DNA of 63,932 nt, counting the filler, from Aduncisulcus paluster (lineage: Eukaryota), in the NCBI GenBank assembly GCA_024181965.1. It is 21 parts of 21 records of this genome, joined end to end, with 100 filler letters (N's around TTAATTAATTAA, not from the genome) between each part and the next. Parts side by side here need not be neighbours in the genome. Positions count along the whole stretch, not along the records: positions 1 to 1,734 come from BQXS01000232.1; positions 1,835 to 3,518 come from BQXS01000236.1; positions 3,619 to 5,097 come from BQXS01000237.1; positions 5,198 to 6,723 come from BQXS01000238.1; positions 6,824 to 8,102 come from BQXS01000239.1; positions 8,203 to 9,671 come from BQXS01000240.1; positions 9,772 to 11,449 come from BQXS01000241.1; 14 more parts are not named here. One strand, given 5' to 3'. Below the pieces are notes generated by a model, which saw only the letters and a program-made list of their open reading frames with translations, was not told where the DNA came from and ran no database searches. This document shows, piece by piece, positions 1 to 11,549 of this stretch. The translations under genes were made by a program, and so were the position numbers. Positions within the stretch are counted from its first letter, which is position 1. Every line of letters starts with the position of its first letter.

Positions 1-79
1 CACACCCTCACTTAAGGACAAGTTCGATGGAGTTTTGGGAGATATGGGTGTCTGAACTCAAAAAAAATACTGCCCAAGT

Positions 80-1547
80 AAGTATGAAATTCAAAAATTT
101 CGGTCTTCTCTACGGTTTAAAAAACTTCCTGGAACGAAATTTGTATGGATACCTCCCTCTCAGCACATTCTCCAACATGTGAAGAATCTCAAACCCTACG
201 AAAATGAACTAGACCTCTGGCTCGAAACCTATGACTGAGGTTCTATGATTGGAGGATTAAGACATGAGAATGCCCTCAATCTTGTGCGCTCACAATACTC
301 AAGGAGCCACATAGATGAACTTGATGCTGCCACAGCAGAAAGCTGTATAAAAACATGTTCGGATGTGGAGAGTATTGTTCTGGGACATGGCCGAGTTGGA
401 TCGGAACTCGAGCGACACATGGCAAATTATAAGTGCCAGATGACCCCTCGAAGAGTTTGGTGTGTTGGGATCCAGCTCTTCATGGACGGTGTTAGTGTTG
501 TGCGAAACTCGAAAACTAGTGTTCTGGCTATGAAGTGTTCCATTATCAATCTTCCCAGAGCCATTAAAAACTCCTTCCCATGGATCTGGGAGATTGTAAC
601 ACTTCCCGATACGAAAGAAATGAGTAAGATGATCCTTAGTCATCTCGTAAAGGATCTACTGGAGCTTCAGAGAGGTCTTAAAATTGGTGACCTAACCATT
701 GTTGGATACCTTTCCCTCATAACTGCCGATTCTCCAGAACGCTCACGGATTCTGGGAATCAGTCATGGCATTCACCGTTGCCAGATCTGCTCGGCCGCAG
801 GAATCCAATTATTTCAGAACTTTGGGATTTCTTATCGTCCCCTCTCTGATTTTTCTTCTCCGTTAATGCATCTAAAACTCTTCTTTGATGTTCGTTTTCA
901 CCTCCCTCACGACATCATGCACTTGGAGGTTTTGAGGCTTGGAAGATATTTAATCGAGTTCCTCTCATGCACAGTTGACCCCGATGAAATAGAAAGGATA
1001 TCAAAAGAACTTGATATCCATTCGGTTTTTTTTCTCAACCTTTCTGCTTCTGATATTTTATCTTTTTTGCTTAATATTTCCCATTTTTTACCAATTGTTT
1101 TGATAAAATCGGTCTACACACGGTTTGTACGGGCCAAAGAAGTTCTCAAAACAACAGTTGGCACTGAAGCCGATGAAAGAAAGAAGTGTTGGGTAGAGAT
1201 CCAACAAGAGATGAGGTTTGTACCGCATGCACCTGGAGGTCCTCCACCTTGGAGGATACATGACTCAGTTCTTGTCTTTCTGCCTGAGTTCCTCGGCAAA
1301 GGAAGAATTGATACTGAGATGCCAGCGCCAGAAAATCACTTGCGTGTTCGCAATATCACCGAGCGCCACCGATATCCTTCACTTCTTATTGAGACCAGAT
1401 ATCTTTCTCCCATTAATCACGATCCGAAGGTTGTGGAATCGTAATAGAACTTCCTGTTCAAAAGTCGATTCAGTGTTCCCTCTTGCCAAAAAGGAAGCTC
1501 GGAAGAAATGTATAGAAAAGGTAAAATCATTAATAGGGGGAAAGTAA
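80..1547 (+). mobile_element. Degraded CACTA/Mirage (CMC superfamily)-like DDE transposase
   Basis: ORF 245-1444 has ordered motifs LFMDG..S..IINLP, LVKDLLELQRG, ITADSPER, CQIC and HDIMHL typical of CMC/En-Spm-type transposases. The same frame is open from about 80 but broken by TGA at 236-238. No terminal inverted repeats are visible. Confidence 0.6.
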
Positions 1548-1734
1548 GCCATGATGAAATGACAAAGATGAAGGAACAAGAAGCTGCTGAAAGGAATAGA
1601 AAACGTCTTCTCCGGAGTCAGGGTGGCAGAGTTGTCATTGTGGAAGACTCATCGGAAGATGAGCTAATTCCATTTGTCAGTGATAACATTGAGGATGAAG
1701 AATCTGAGGAGGTGAGCAGGGTGGCTGACAATAT

Positions 1735-1834
1735 NNNNNNNNNNNNNNNNNNNNNNNNNNNNNNNNNNNNNNNNNNNNTTAATTAATTAANNNNNNNNNN
1801 NNNNNNNNNNNNNNNNNNNNNNNNNNNNNNNNNN
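1735..1834. other. Artificial contig linker N44-TTAATTAATTAA-N44 (first of 20; others start at 3519, 5098, 6724, 8103, 9672, 11450, 13335, 14703, 15905, 18875, 28351, 29912, 42955, 50097, 53102, 54729, 59846, 61410, 62649)
   Basis: Identical 100-bp spacer with stops in all six frames; the sequences on either side are unrelated. Confidence 0.99.
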
Positions 1835-2200
1835 GATCGAACGGTTCAGAATCTTAGAGAACTCCTGAGAGAACTTTAAGAACGAATCCATGGTTAGGGG
1901 TGAGATCATGTGAGTTATTCGGAGCTTGTCGTACAGCTCGATGTTCGAGGAAGAGGAAAAAAGGCTCTCGACCTCGAGGAAAGCGTGGTCTCGCTGCGAT
2001 TGTAGAGTAAACTCCCCGACACCTGAAATAGTGGTAATGAAAGACAGCGCAGACACAGAGCAGAAGTGGGGCCAATGTTCTTTGCCTCCAAGGGAGAGGT
2101 AATGCTGAAATTCGGCTACAAACTGGGCCCAAGACTCGGTAGTGACCTGGTCCAGAAAAGGCCGAACAATCTCCTCGGAAAATAGACGCTTTGAGTTCAT
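1835..2200 (-). CDS. Hypothetical protein, 3'-truncated by contig end; possibly retrotransposon Gag-like
   Basis: ATG-initiated ORF after a long AT-rich leader, running into the linker; helical character. The Gag resemblance is weak. Confidence 0.35.
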
Positions 2201-2849
2201 AGATATTCGTTCAATAATATTATTGTCGAAAACTTTTTTAAAGCAATCAAATTTATTGAAAATAAAACAGATGGAGACTCTGATCTAAAAATAGATCATG
2301 AGAATCTAACAATTGTAGATAATGAAGTGGATTCTGAACATGTAAAATCCATTGAACTCAGAGTAATCAAATGCTCAATCCCATTGAAGGTGGAGATATT
2401 ATCACCAGGACAGAAACAAATGAAATATGCTAATGCAATGCAATTATTGCATTATGCGAGCATATAAACCGTAATACTGATCTGTACAATCAGAAAAATA
2501 GAACAAATTTTATAATAATATTATATAATACTAATATAACAAGGGAATAATATATTAATATTGAATATTCAATAAAAACTTAACAACATAACAACACAAC
2601 AAATTTAGAAATAATAATAAACAATTAAATAAAACAAAAATGGTTGTTAGGCCATACCTTTTAGAGACCGATCATTTCATCGCAAAATGAACCAAGTATG
2701 AATAATATAGTATGAATATTATATGGATTATGAAAATACGGCAATAAATAAAATAATGAACGACCATAAAAATAAATAAATGATTGTTGAACTTTGAATT
2801 AAGATAATATAAACAGCTTTTAGTTGGGAAATAATACAAGAGAGAAGGA

Positions 2850-3518
2850 CTATTCTAGCTCTTCACTCTTAATGGGCGAGAGAAGCTTAGGTTTATGCTT
2901 CTTACTCTTTTTCTTTCGCTTGGATGTTTTGACATATTTTTCAACGCCAATTTCTTCTCTGGTATCTCCTTCATCATGTCCCTCTTTTCCTTCCTTCTTC
3001 ATCTTCTTCTTTCGCTTCATCTTATTTACAGCTGATTTGTGCTTTGATTTCTTCACCTTATCTTCAAATACAACTCCATAATCGACCAAAACTGGACCTG
3101 TATCAGCAGAATCGACACCCTTTTCTACACTTTCCCCCGCTTCAATTCCATCAATCTTAGAAAGTTTCTTTTTGGAAATCTTTGAGGATTTCTTTGAGGA
3201 TTTCTTTGATTTCTTCACCTTATCTTCAAATACAACTCCATAATCGACCAAAACTGGACCTGTATCAGCAGAATCGACACCCTTTTCTACACTTTCCCCC
3301 GCTTCAATTCCATCAATCTTAGAAAGTTTCTTTTTGGAAATCTTTGAGGATTTCTTTGAGGATTTCTTTGATTTCTTCACTCTCCTCTTAACAGTTATTC
3401 TGGCTTCACCATCGAGAAGATCAGATGCCGTCCCATGCAATTCTTCTTGCAACGAAGCATGTTCCAAGGACAATGAAGCATCATCTCTCACTTGGACAAC
3501 GGTGGCAACACTGTCATC
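2850..3518 (-). CDS. Lys-rich low-complexity protein, C-terminal part
   Basis: Frame open from the contig edge to a stop at 2850; KKSKK-rich with a 54-aa duplication. Confidence 0.65.
   Translation of the reverse strand, partial: DDSVATVVQVRDDASLSLEHASLQEELHGTASDLLDGEARITVKRRVKKSKKSSKKSSKISKKKLSKIDGIEAGESVEKGVDSADTGPVLVDYGVVFEDKVKKSKKSSKKSSKISKKKLSKIDGIEAGESVEKGVDSADTGPVLVDYGVVFEDKVKKSKHKSAVNKMKRKKKMKKEGKEGHDEGDTREEIGVEKYVKTSKRKKKSKKHKPKLLSPIKSEELE
3043..3380. repeat. Perfect 162-bp tandem duplication (54 aa) inside the Lys-rich ORF
   Basis: TCTTCAAATACAACTCCATAATCGACC recurs at 3061 and 3223. Confidence 0.95.
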
Positions 3519-4042
3519 NNNNNNNNNNNNNNNNNNNNNNNNNNNNNNNNNNNNNNNNNNNNTTAATTAATTAANNNNNNNNNNNNNNNNNNNNNNNNNN
3601 NNNNNNNNNNNNNNNNNNATATTCAGTCCACTTGATGAGGGTGTAGAAGGAGGCTTGAAGTCATATAATGGTGAAGACATTGATAGATAGGATTCGTACT
3701 GGGTATTATTATGGATTATATCTATCAACAAAGCAAAGTAAGACAAGACAGCTAAGTTGTGCTCGGAACAATGCAACTTTAACAGTGACTTCAGTTCGCT
3801 TCCTTGATCACCCATCCTGAACTTGCATATATAGGATGAATAGGGTCGGGAATAGAGCTGCCATGAACGAAAAAAATAATTTTCAGAAAGCATTATGAAT
3901 ACATTAAATTAAACAGCGATATCCAAAACAGGCCGTTTATAGCTGATTTGATCACAGTCAAGCGACAAAAGTTGGCGATTCTCTTACAACATTAACATTT
4001 AGTGAACATTATTTCCAGATTTTACCAGAGAAATCCTTTACA

Positions 4043-5097
4043 ATGCCCAAGGAAGGTTCCGAACCAGATCTAATTTCCCTTGCTGAACTCAAGGAGCTAT
4101 CTAACGCAATTAATGAGGCCACAACAACAACAGCAAAAGATACATTGTATTTAAAACATTTCCATGCCTTTTATGATTTACTTTCGTATGATAAAGCTGC
4201 TGACCTATATCAAGAAGATAGCGAGAGAATAGACATGATTTGTCGGTGTCTAAGTTATTTAACAAGCGCTGGAAGCCCACTGGTTTATCTTTCGGCCAAG
4301 CAAACCGCTCATTTGTATCGGACTTTTATCAAATTCCTTCTTGAAGCTGAACCATATCAAGACATTGCGTTTGTTCAAAACCTTTATCGAATATGTGCAA
4401 ACTTTTGTTTTGCTCATGTTGATTGTGGCCGAGAACTGTTTTATGATGTTTTTTCATCAGTCCAGCGACTTCTCAAACGAGCCACACTTGTTTACACTGA
4501 TAATAACTACCTTCATCGACTGGTTCTAAAAGTCTTGCACAATATTACGACCATGGAACTTGAAGAAACTCGAAATGGTGTTTTTGAGCTGGTCAAACCA
4601 TTTGTTCTCCCAATATTATCCATGTATCACGATAAAACAATTATTCATGAACTGAATACTATTTTGTATAACTCTTCTTTACTTGCAAATGGAGAAGTTC
4701 TTCAGTGTCATCCAGGACGTTCGAAGGTCATTTTTGACTTCCTCGAACCTTTACTTGAGTGTGTGGATCAATATTTTACGGGCAATAATCTTTCTCAGAT
4801 AACATATTTTCTTGGACACCTCGGGAGTATTGCTGCAATTAGTTCAGAATATTCCGTGAAGCTTTTTGATATGATTGGCGATCGGTTGAAGGATTTCTAT
4901 GACATTTACCATTCTGTATCGAGTACATCGTTGTGGGGCTGTTGTCTGTGGCTCCGTTTGGTGAGTACATTATCCCAAACGCCTGAACTAGTCCCACGAA
5001 TCGATCCCCAGCTCTACAAATACATGAAATGGGTTTATGATTATGATACACATGGGGGTTGGAAACATTTCTATACTGAATTCATCGACCATCTTCT
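4043..5097 (+). CDS. Hypothetical alpha-helical (ARM/HEAT-like) protein, 3'-truncated
   Basis: ORF of about 350 codons with ATG after an AT-rich leader; amphipathic helical pattern. The fold call is an inference. Confidence 0.75.
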
Positions 5098-5197
5098 NNN
5101 NNNNNNNNNNNNNNNNNNNNNNNNNNNNNNNNNNNNNNNNNTTAATTAATTAANNNNNNNNNNNNNNNNNNNNNNNNNNNNNNNNNNNNNNNNNNNN

Positions 5198-5465
5198 GTC
5201 CTAAAACAGACGACTGGCTTTCAATCCATTTCATGGCGTATCTGGCAATTTGATCACTCGTAACATACTCACCGGAACATTCACATTCATGGGCACCTGC
5301 CTGGCTTAAAAACGTGACAAAAACTCTAAAGACATCAGTACTGGCGTTTCTTACTTTTTTAATAAAGCTACGAATCAAATCTTGGCTTGTACTAGCACGA
5401 TCAACAACAGTAAATCCAGGTCCTTCCAATCTCCAATTCAATATAGTCAGCACTTCAGTAGTCAT
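5198..5465 (-). CDS. Hypothetical protein, 3'-truncated
   Basis: ORF running into the linker; no recognised motif. Confidence 0.3.
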
Positions 5466-5695
5466 AAGATTAGCGATGATGTGTTCTTAGGAAACACTTG
5501 GAACAAATTTACTCAATATAGAAAAACACCGGTTGATGTCTAAAAATAGAATCTCTGAGAATGATATCTTGGGATCATAACATCCTACCCCATCTATTGT
5601 AGTGGTGTAAGGGTCACCATATCTGGAATAGGCCTTTTATGGTATAGAGGTCAAACCACATCTATAACAGTAGTCCCAAATAGAAGTCCATAAAT

Positions 5696-5767
5696 TGGCG
5701 ACAGTGGGGATTGAACCCAAAACCTTCTATAGGTTGAAGGAAGTCATTACCACTCGGCTATAAGACT
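5696..5767 (-). pseudogene. tRNA-like sequence (tRNA pseudogene or tRNA-derived SINE head)
   Basis: Minus strand reads AGTCTTA-TAGCCGAGTGG (A box)...CCTTC/GAAGG stem...GGGTTCAATCCC (B box/T arm)...TGTCGCCA. The acceptor stem does not pair and the anticodon loop is 8 nt. Confidence 0.6.
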
Positions 5768-6823
5768 TGAAAAGAATCTTTTGATATTTTTTATGTATGA
5801 TATTTTCTCACAAGCTCATATTGTCACTCACAATTTCGCTGTTCAATTATAACGAACCTTATTATAACCAATAAACTAAAGAAGTAGGGTCATGGAATAT
5901 TACTATTTTAATAATTCTATTATAAGCTCTTAGCGAAGATTACATTCTATCTCTCGAACGCTTGAAGCTACAACAAATCTAATATCGTTTTTGAGCATTA
6001 GAATTAAATTGTATCTTTTTTTGTACATCAAAATGGCATGTTCACTGAACAGGTCAGATTTTCATTTTGACCCTCCTTTTTGTGGTGTTAAGTACTAATA
6101 AAAGTAAGAAACACCGGAAACCAACTATAGAAGGAAGCAAGTTTATTAGTTTGAAGAAGATCGGATTGATTCCGTGAGAATCAATTACATGTCGAATCAT
6201 GTCAAATAAAATATAAAATAAATATCATAAATAAACATAATCCAAATAAATAATAATAGAAAGAATTATTGTTATAGAAATATATATGCGATAAAAGTTT
6301 CAGGTGGGGTCACCACACCCCGATCTTACTTTTCGAGAGGTTATTTATAAGCTCGAAGCACCAAAACCAACCAATAAAATCCAATAAAACCAACAAACAA
6401 CACCAAAGACTTTGAATGCATTACCAGAATTTCTATCACACAATAAAACTACCACTATTATCTATAACCTGATCAAATTGCGTGTAATTGATCTTAAACA
6501 AACCACTTAAAGCGTCTACATACGATAATCATCCAAAACACCAATCATGACTACCATTATAGCACGTGTGGAGACGAAGAAAACCCTGTACCTGGGACAA
6601 AACCCATCTCCTGTGAACACACCAAGTTCACAACCAGAACGTGGGGAAAACATGATCTCCTATCACATAAACCACGTGAAACCACCAACCGACCATCAGG
6701 GAAAGAACCCAGAAAAACCCTGTNNNNNNNNNNNNNNNNNNNNNNNNNNNNNNNNNNNNNNNNNNNNTTAATTAATTAANNNNNNNNNNNNNNNNNNNNN
6801 NNNNNNNNNNNNNNNNNNNNNNN

Positions 6824-7743
6824 CTTATTCGTATTCTTATGGAAAATGAAAGTTGAATCAACACTGGTGGAGACAAACTGCCCATCATTTCCATAATACT
6901 TTACACTCTGAACGTAACTGTCATGTGCAACGGTCATTCCAATCTCCTCCATATAATCAATTCCAAGAGAATCACCAGAATCTCCTCCTTCAAGAGGAAC
7001 TCTCCACTCGCGGACAGTGTGGTCATCTGAAGAGGTAATGAGCTTGGAATCATCAGTTGGATGCCAATCTACGGAGCGTAATCCATCCTCATGTCCATCT
7101 CCAGCAATAGAATCAGAAATAACAGTCAAGGGGAAGGTAAGAACATTGATGGCAACTTTTTGAAGAGCAAACATCCTTCCAGCATGAGCTTTAAACTTAA
7201 GTTGTGAGATATCCCAGACTCTAACAGACAAATCCATTGATGTTGTGGCAACAAGTTCTAGACGAGTATGAAAACGAGCACACGTAACAAAATTCGTATG
7301 GCCGACAAGGTCTGCCATTCTTGTTCTTGATTGCCAATTCCAAATACGAGCTGTATGATCATCAGATGCAGAAACGATCCAGGGGAAAATCTTATGAAAT
7401 GACACACTTCTCACATAATCCGTATGTCCCTCAAAAGTATGTACACAAGGATTATGCGACCTCTCATTATAATTCCATAAGCGGACTTTTCTATCGTCAC
7501 CACCAGAAACAAAGATTGGTTGAGTACGGTGGAAATCAACACCCCTAACAGGACCTTTATGGCCCTCTGAGCCATCTCCAGAACTATACGTATCAATTAA
7601 GATTGAGAAAACATAATCCCAGAGCTGAATTTCTCAGTGTTTACAAATTGACACCAATAGTTATTGCAACATTTACCTAATGATTACCAAAAATAGCAAA
7701 TTCAATAAACTATAAAAAATAGATCTACCTTCAAGAGTTTCAT
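6824..7743 (-). CDS. COPA: Coatomer subunit alpha (alpha-COP), N-terminal WD40 region, 3'-truncated
   Basis: Frame open from 7633: EIQLWDY..GHKGPVRGVDFHRTQPIFVSGGDD..GHTDYVRSVSFH..PWIVSASDDHTARIWNWQSR, the alpha-COP signature. Probable first exon MKLLK (7743-7729) followed by GT; 7634-7728 is garbled. Confidence 0.92.
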
Positions 7744-7777
7744 TGAAGTTTGAAAATAGTGCAAGGAAAAATTATAT

Positions 7778-8102
7778 ATGACTAAGACATCTTTATATTA
7801 CTTTGGAAAGAAATATATACCCAGCGATCTAAGTGTAATCTTAGTTTCTTTGTGCCCCAAAGAATCATTCTGTATTATCCCCGCAGTGGAATCCTATAAG
7901 AGTCTTAAAATACCATTTCCATATTTTATATATTCCACCTTAAAACATAATCCCAACTTTTTTGATGATATGCCAAGTATTTTCAAGTATCCAAAATCTT
8001 CAATGTCAAAGTGTATTTCTGCTCGGTTTCACTTGTTTGAATCATTTATTAGCGAAACAGAAACACTTCATATCAAATATGATCTTAAATTATATGAGAA
8101 AG
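7778..8102 (+). CDS. Hypothetical protein divergent from alpha-COP, 3'-truncated
   Basis: ATG ORF running into the linker; no motif. Confidence 0.4.
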
Positions 8103-8202
8103 NNNNNNNNNNNNNNNNNNNNNNNNNNNNNNNNNNNNNNNNNNNNTTAATTAATTAANNNNNNNNNNNNNNNNNNNNNNNNNNNNNNNNNNNNNNNNNN
8201 NN

Positions 8203-9671
8203 CCACACAGACCATTCCCTTGAACGTTGCAGGATCAATTGCATGTGACGACTCGTTCTGCAAGGAATCTGACCGATTTGATAGGAGTTCAACCGTTCGA
8301 CGCATGCTTCGAGGGGAGTGTTGTGCATCCTTCTCTCATCTTTCGATCTCCTTCCAAGACAAGTGTTGTCCCAAAGGTGTGTACATCTGCTTCAAGCAGA
8401 ACAAGAAGACTCCTGCATTCAGATTCGTGTTCACTCACTCTGATGGGAAACAGACATTCATGAAGTGTGCCGTTGAAGACCTTGAGCACAAGCACGAATG
8501 GCACTTCTTCCCAATGGATCTGTCTGATGTCGTGTTGTGTGAGGTTGAGAGAGAATGGGTCCAGAACACCAATGTGCTCATCCACTTCGAGAGTATATTC
8601 TTTGTCGAAGAGCCACTCCCTTCCCCTTCTCCAAGCCCCCTTCTTGAGAGTGAAGAGGAATATCTGGGATCTGTTCGTCCATTGATCCTTGATTCAACTG
8701 TTTCTTCCACAGGTGCATTCTCTTCTTCGACATCCAAATCCATCTCCAAGAAATCTGGTGCCAATATGTCCTTGCCTGCGGGTTCGTCAGTCACTCCTCA
8801 GTGCATCATTGGTGTTGGTGGGTTTGGAGAAGTCACTCTTGTTCGTGTTGGTTTTAAGGATCCCTCTATTCCTCCGCTGCAATGTGCCCTGAAATGCATC
8901 AAGAACCAGCAAGTTAGCGATGACAACAAACGATTCATCGACATGTTAAAGAAAGAGTTCTCCCGTCAGTGTCGTCTGTACTTGTCTGGATCTTTGAAGA
9001 CTTGTGTGCCTCGTCCTTTGTACACCCTCGATCTTCTTGATGGTGACCTGAAGGGGACATTCGGGATTCTGATGGAGTTCTGTCGAGGTGGCAGTGTCAT
9101 TGACTTTGCAAAGAGTTGGGCTCTTGACCTCAATGAATGCGATCCATCCGAAGATGATGATGATGACCTTGTGTATGACCCTACGAAGATCGCTGCCCTG
9201 AGTGTGGATATCATTGAATGCATGTCCAATCTGTTCAAGGCAAAGAAGAAGCTCATCCATCGTGACATCAAGCCTGAGAACTTCCTTGTTCGTTTCACGT
9301 CTCCCGATGAATACTGTAAGGTTGTTCTTGGAGATCTTGGGTTTGTCGAGATCCATGATTCCATGTCACGTCAGAGTTCATTCCAGACGCTCAGATCAGA
9401 TGATTCGTCCTCATCAGAAACTCCCAAGGATGGCTCTGATCCACGTGGTCGTAGTCCTCGTTGTATTGTGGGCACTCTGTGTTACAATGCACCCGAGAGT
9501 CTTCAACATGGATGGTACTCTCAAGCCAGTGACACATGGGGATGCATCCTGACGATATGGTCTTTGTTCAACAACATGGAACAACCATTCATGAGTCATC
9601 CACAAGTGACAAGTATCGATCCGTCTGATGAAGATTACAATGGGAAACTTATTATAAAACTGAAAGATCTT
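8203..9671 (+). CDS. Ser/Thr protein kinase with an N-terminal beta-rich domain (partial at both ends)
   Basis: IGVGGFGEV, ALK, MEFC.GGS, HRDIKPEN, DLG (DFG variant), GTLCYNAPE and SDTWG motifs in order. Confidence 0.93.
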
Positions 9672-9771
9672 NNNNNNNNNNNNNNNNNNNNNNNNNNNNN
9701 NNNNNNNNNNNNNNNTTAATTAATTAANNNNNNNNNNNNNNNNNNNNNNNNNNNNNNNNNNNNNNNNNNNN

Positions 9772-10658
9772 GTCAGAAATCTACGGACATGTTTAGATCT
9801 CTGTCTTGTCGATGGAGTCTAAAACATCTCATTGTGCACGCTGTTGAAACACAGGAGAAGAAAGAATTACTCGTCGCAAGGGCACATGCAAGGGAAATGG
9901 AACGGACAGTTCTTGTAGGTCAGCGAGTTCTCAAGCTCTGGCGTCGCAAGGCTATGCTCGCACATTCGATGCGGCCACCACGTTCTCACAATGTTCCAGA
10001 CAGGTCTATTCCCCATCCATCGTGGGACTATCCATCGTGGGACTATGCACCACTGAGGATGTATTGTGGAAGAGGGGATGAGAAGATACATGATCGAACG
10101 CCAATGGATGATCGATGGGGCGACAGGAAAGGAGGAGAACGCGAAAGTGGACAAGAAGACAGGCCATATGATTATGAACATTCAAGGGTTAGTCCACAAC
10201 ATATTCCACCCCGACAAAGGGTATCATTCCACCCCAGACAACAAGAGATGGACAGAGACATCGGTAATCATCAAGGAAGAAAACCCGATCTTGCAGCTAA
10301 AACGGCAGAACAGAAACGCATCCAAAGACAAATCCTGCAACAACAGCAGCGTGCCAGTCATGGTTATGAACATGAACATAAACATGAATATAAACATGAA
10401 CATAAACATGAACATAAACATGAACATGACCGTGAACATCCCCGTGATGAGTCCCATGTTGTCTTGTCGCCAGAAGAAGTAGAAACTGGGATAAGGAAGA
10501 CAATTCGACGAATTCAATCTTTACGAATGCTTATTCGCGATGACAAAGAGAATTATGACGTATTCAAGGCAATGTTACAAGCCGAAGAAAAGAATCTTAA
10601 GCATTTGCAGTTCCATGCGGATAGACTCATCAAAGAAATGATACAACGGCGAAAATAG
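9772..10658 (+). CDS. Hypothetical protein C-terminus with His/Glu repeat and terminal coiled coil
   Basis: 289-codon ORF ending in TAG; HEHK repeats. Confidence 0.7.
10366..10440 (+). repeat. 12-bp coding minisatellite (CATGAACATAAA)n encoding HEHK
   Basis: Directly visible tandem units. Confidence 0.9.
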
Positions 10659-11096
10659 GGACAGCTATTATCATGGACTATATTTATGCATACATATATT
10701 AACAGATACAATAAAATATCCTTATACTCTACACTGTAGAGTTGTTTCTTGTTGAAATCTCACAAAACAATGTTAATATGAAATAAAAATGGACATTATA
10801 AGATCACAATCGGTTTTGTATAAAAGAATGAACAAAAGGATTAGGTTTAATCCCATCATCCAATCATGAATGTTTTCGTTTTCAATCTGGACGCTCTATC
10901 TTACATTCAAATATATCTTTGAGTGGATTTTCTTGAGTATCGAGGTTTCAATCAACAATTTCTCACATTTCTTTACTCAGTCAAGTTATGTTAATCTGAC
11001 ACTCTTCTTCAGAACAACTTCAATCCTATTCAAGTTTTTTCATTCTCTCTTTCTTTTTGTGAACGAATATATAAATCGAAGCTTTCTTTTTTTTAG

Positions 11097-11449
<353 letters not shown>

Positions 11450-11549
11450 NNNNNNNNNNNNNNNNNNNNNNNNNNNNNNNNNNNNNNNNNNNNTTAATTA
11501 ATTAANNNNNNNNNNNNNNNNNNNNNNNNNNNNNNNNNNNNNNNNNNNN

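Noticed and set aside
7634..7728. Missing first WD repeat of alpha-COP, suggesting trans-splicing or a pseudogene
   Set aside because: The DNA still reads roughly LLVS-L-Y-T-G-EIQ with small indels, so a noisy consensus is the simpler explanation.
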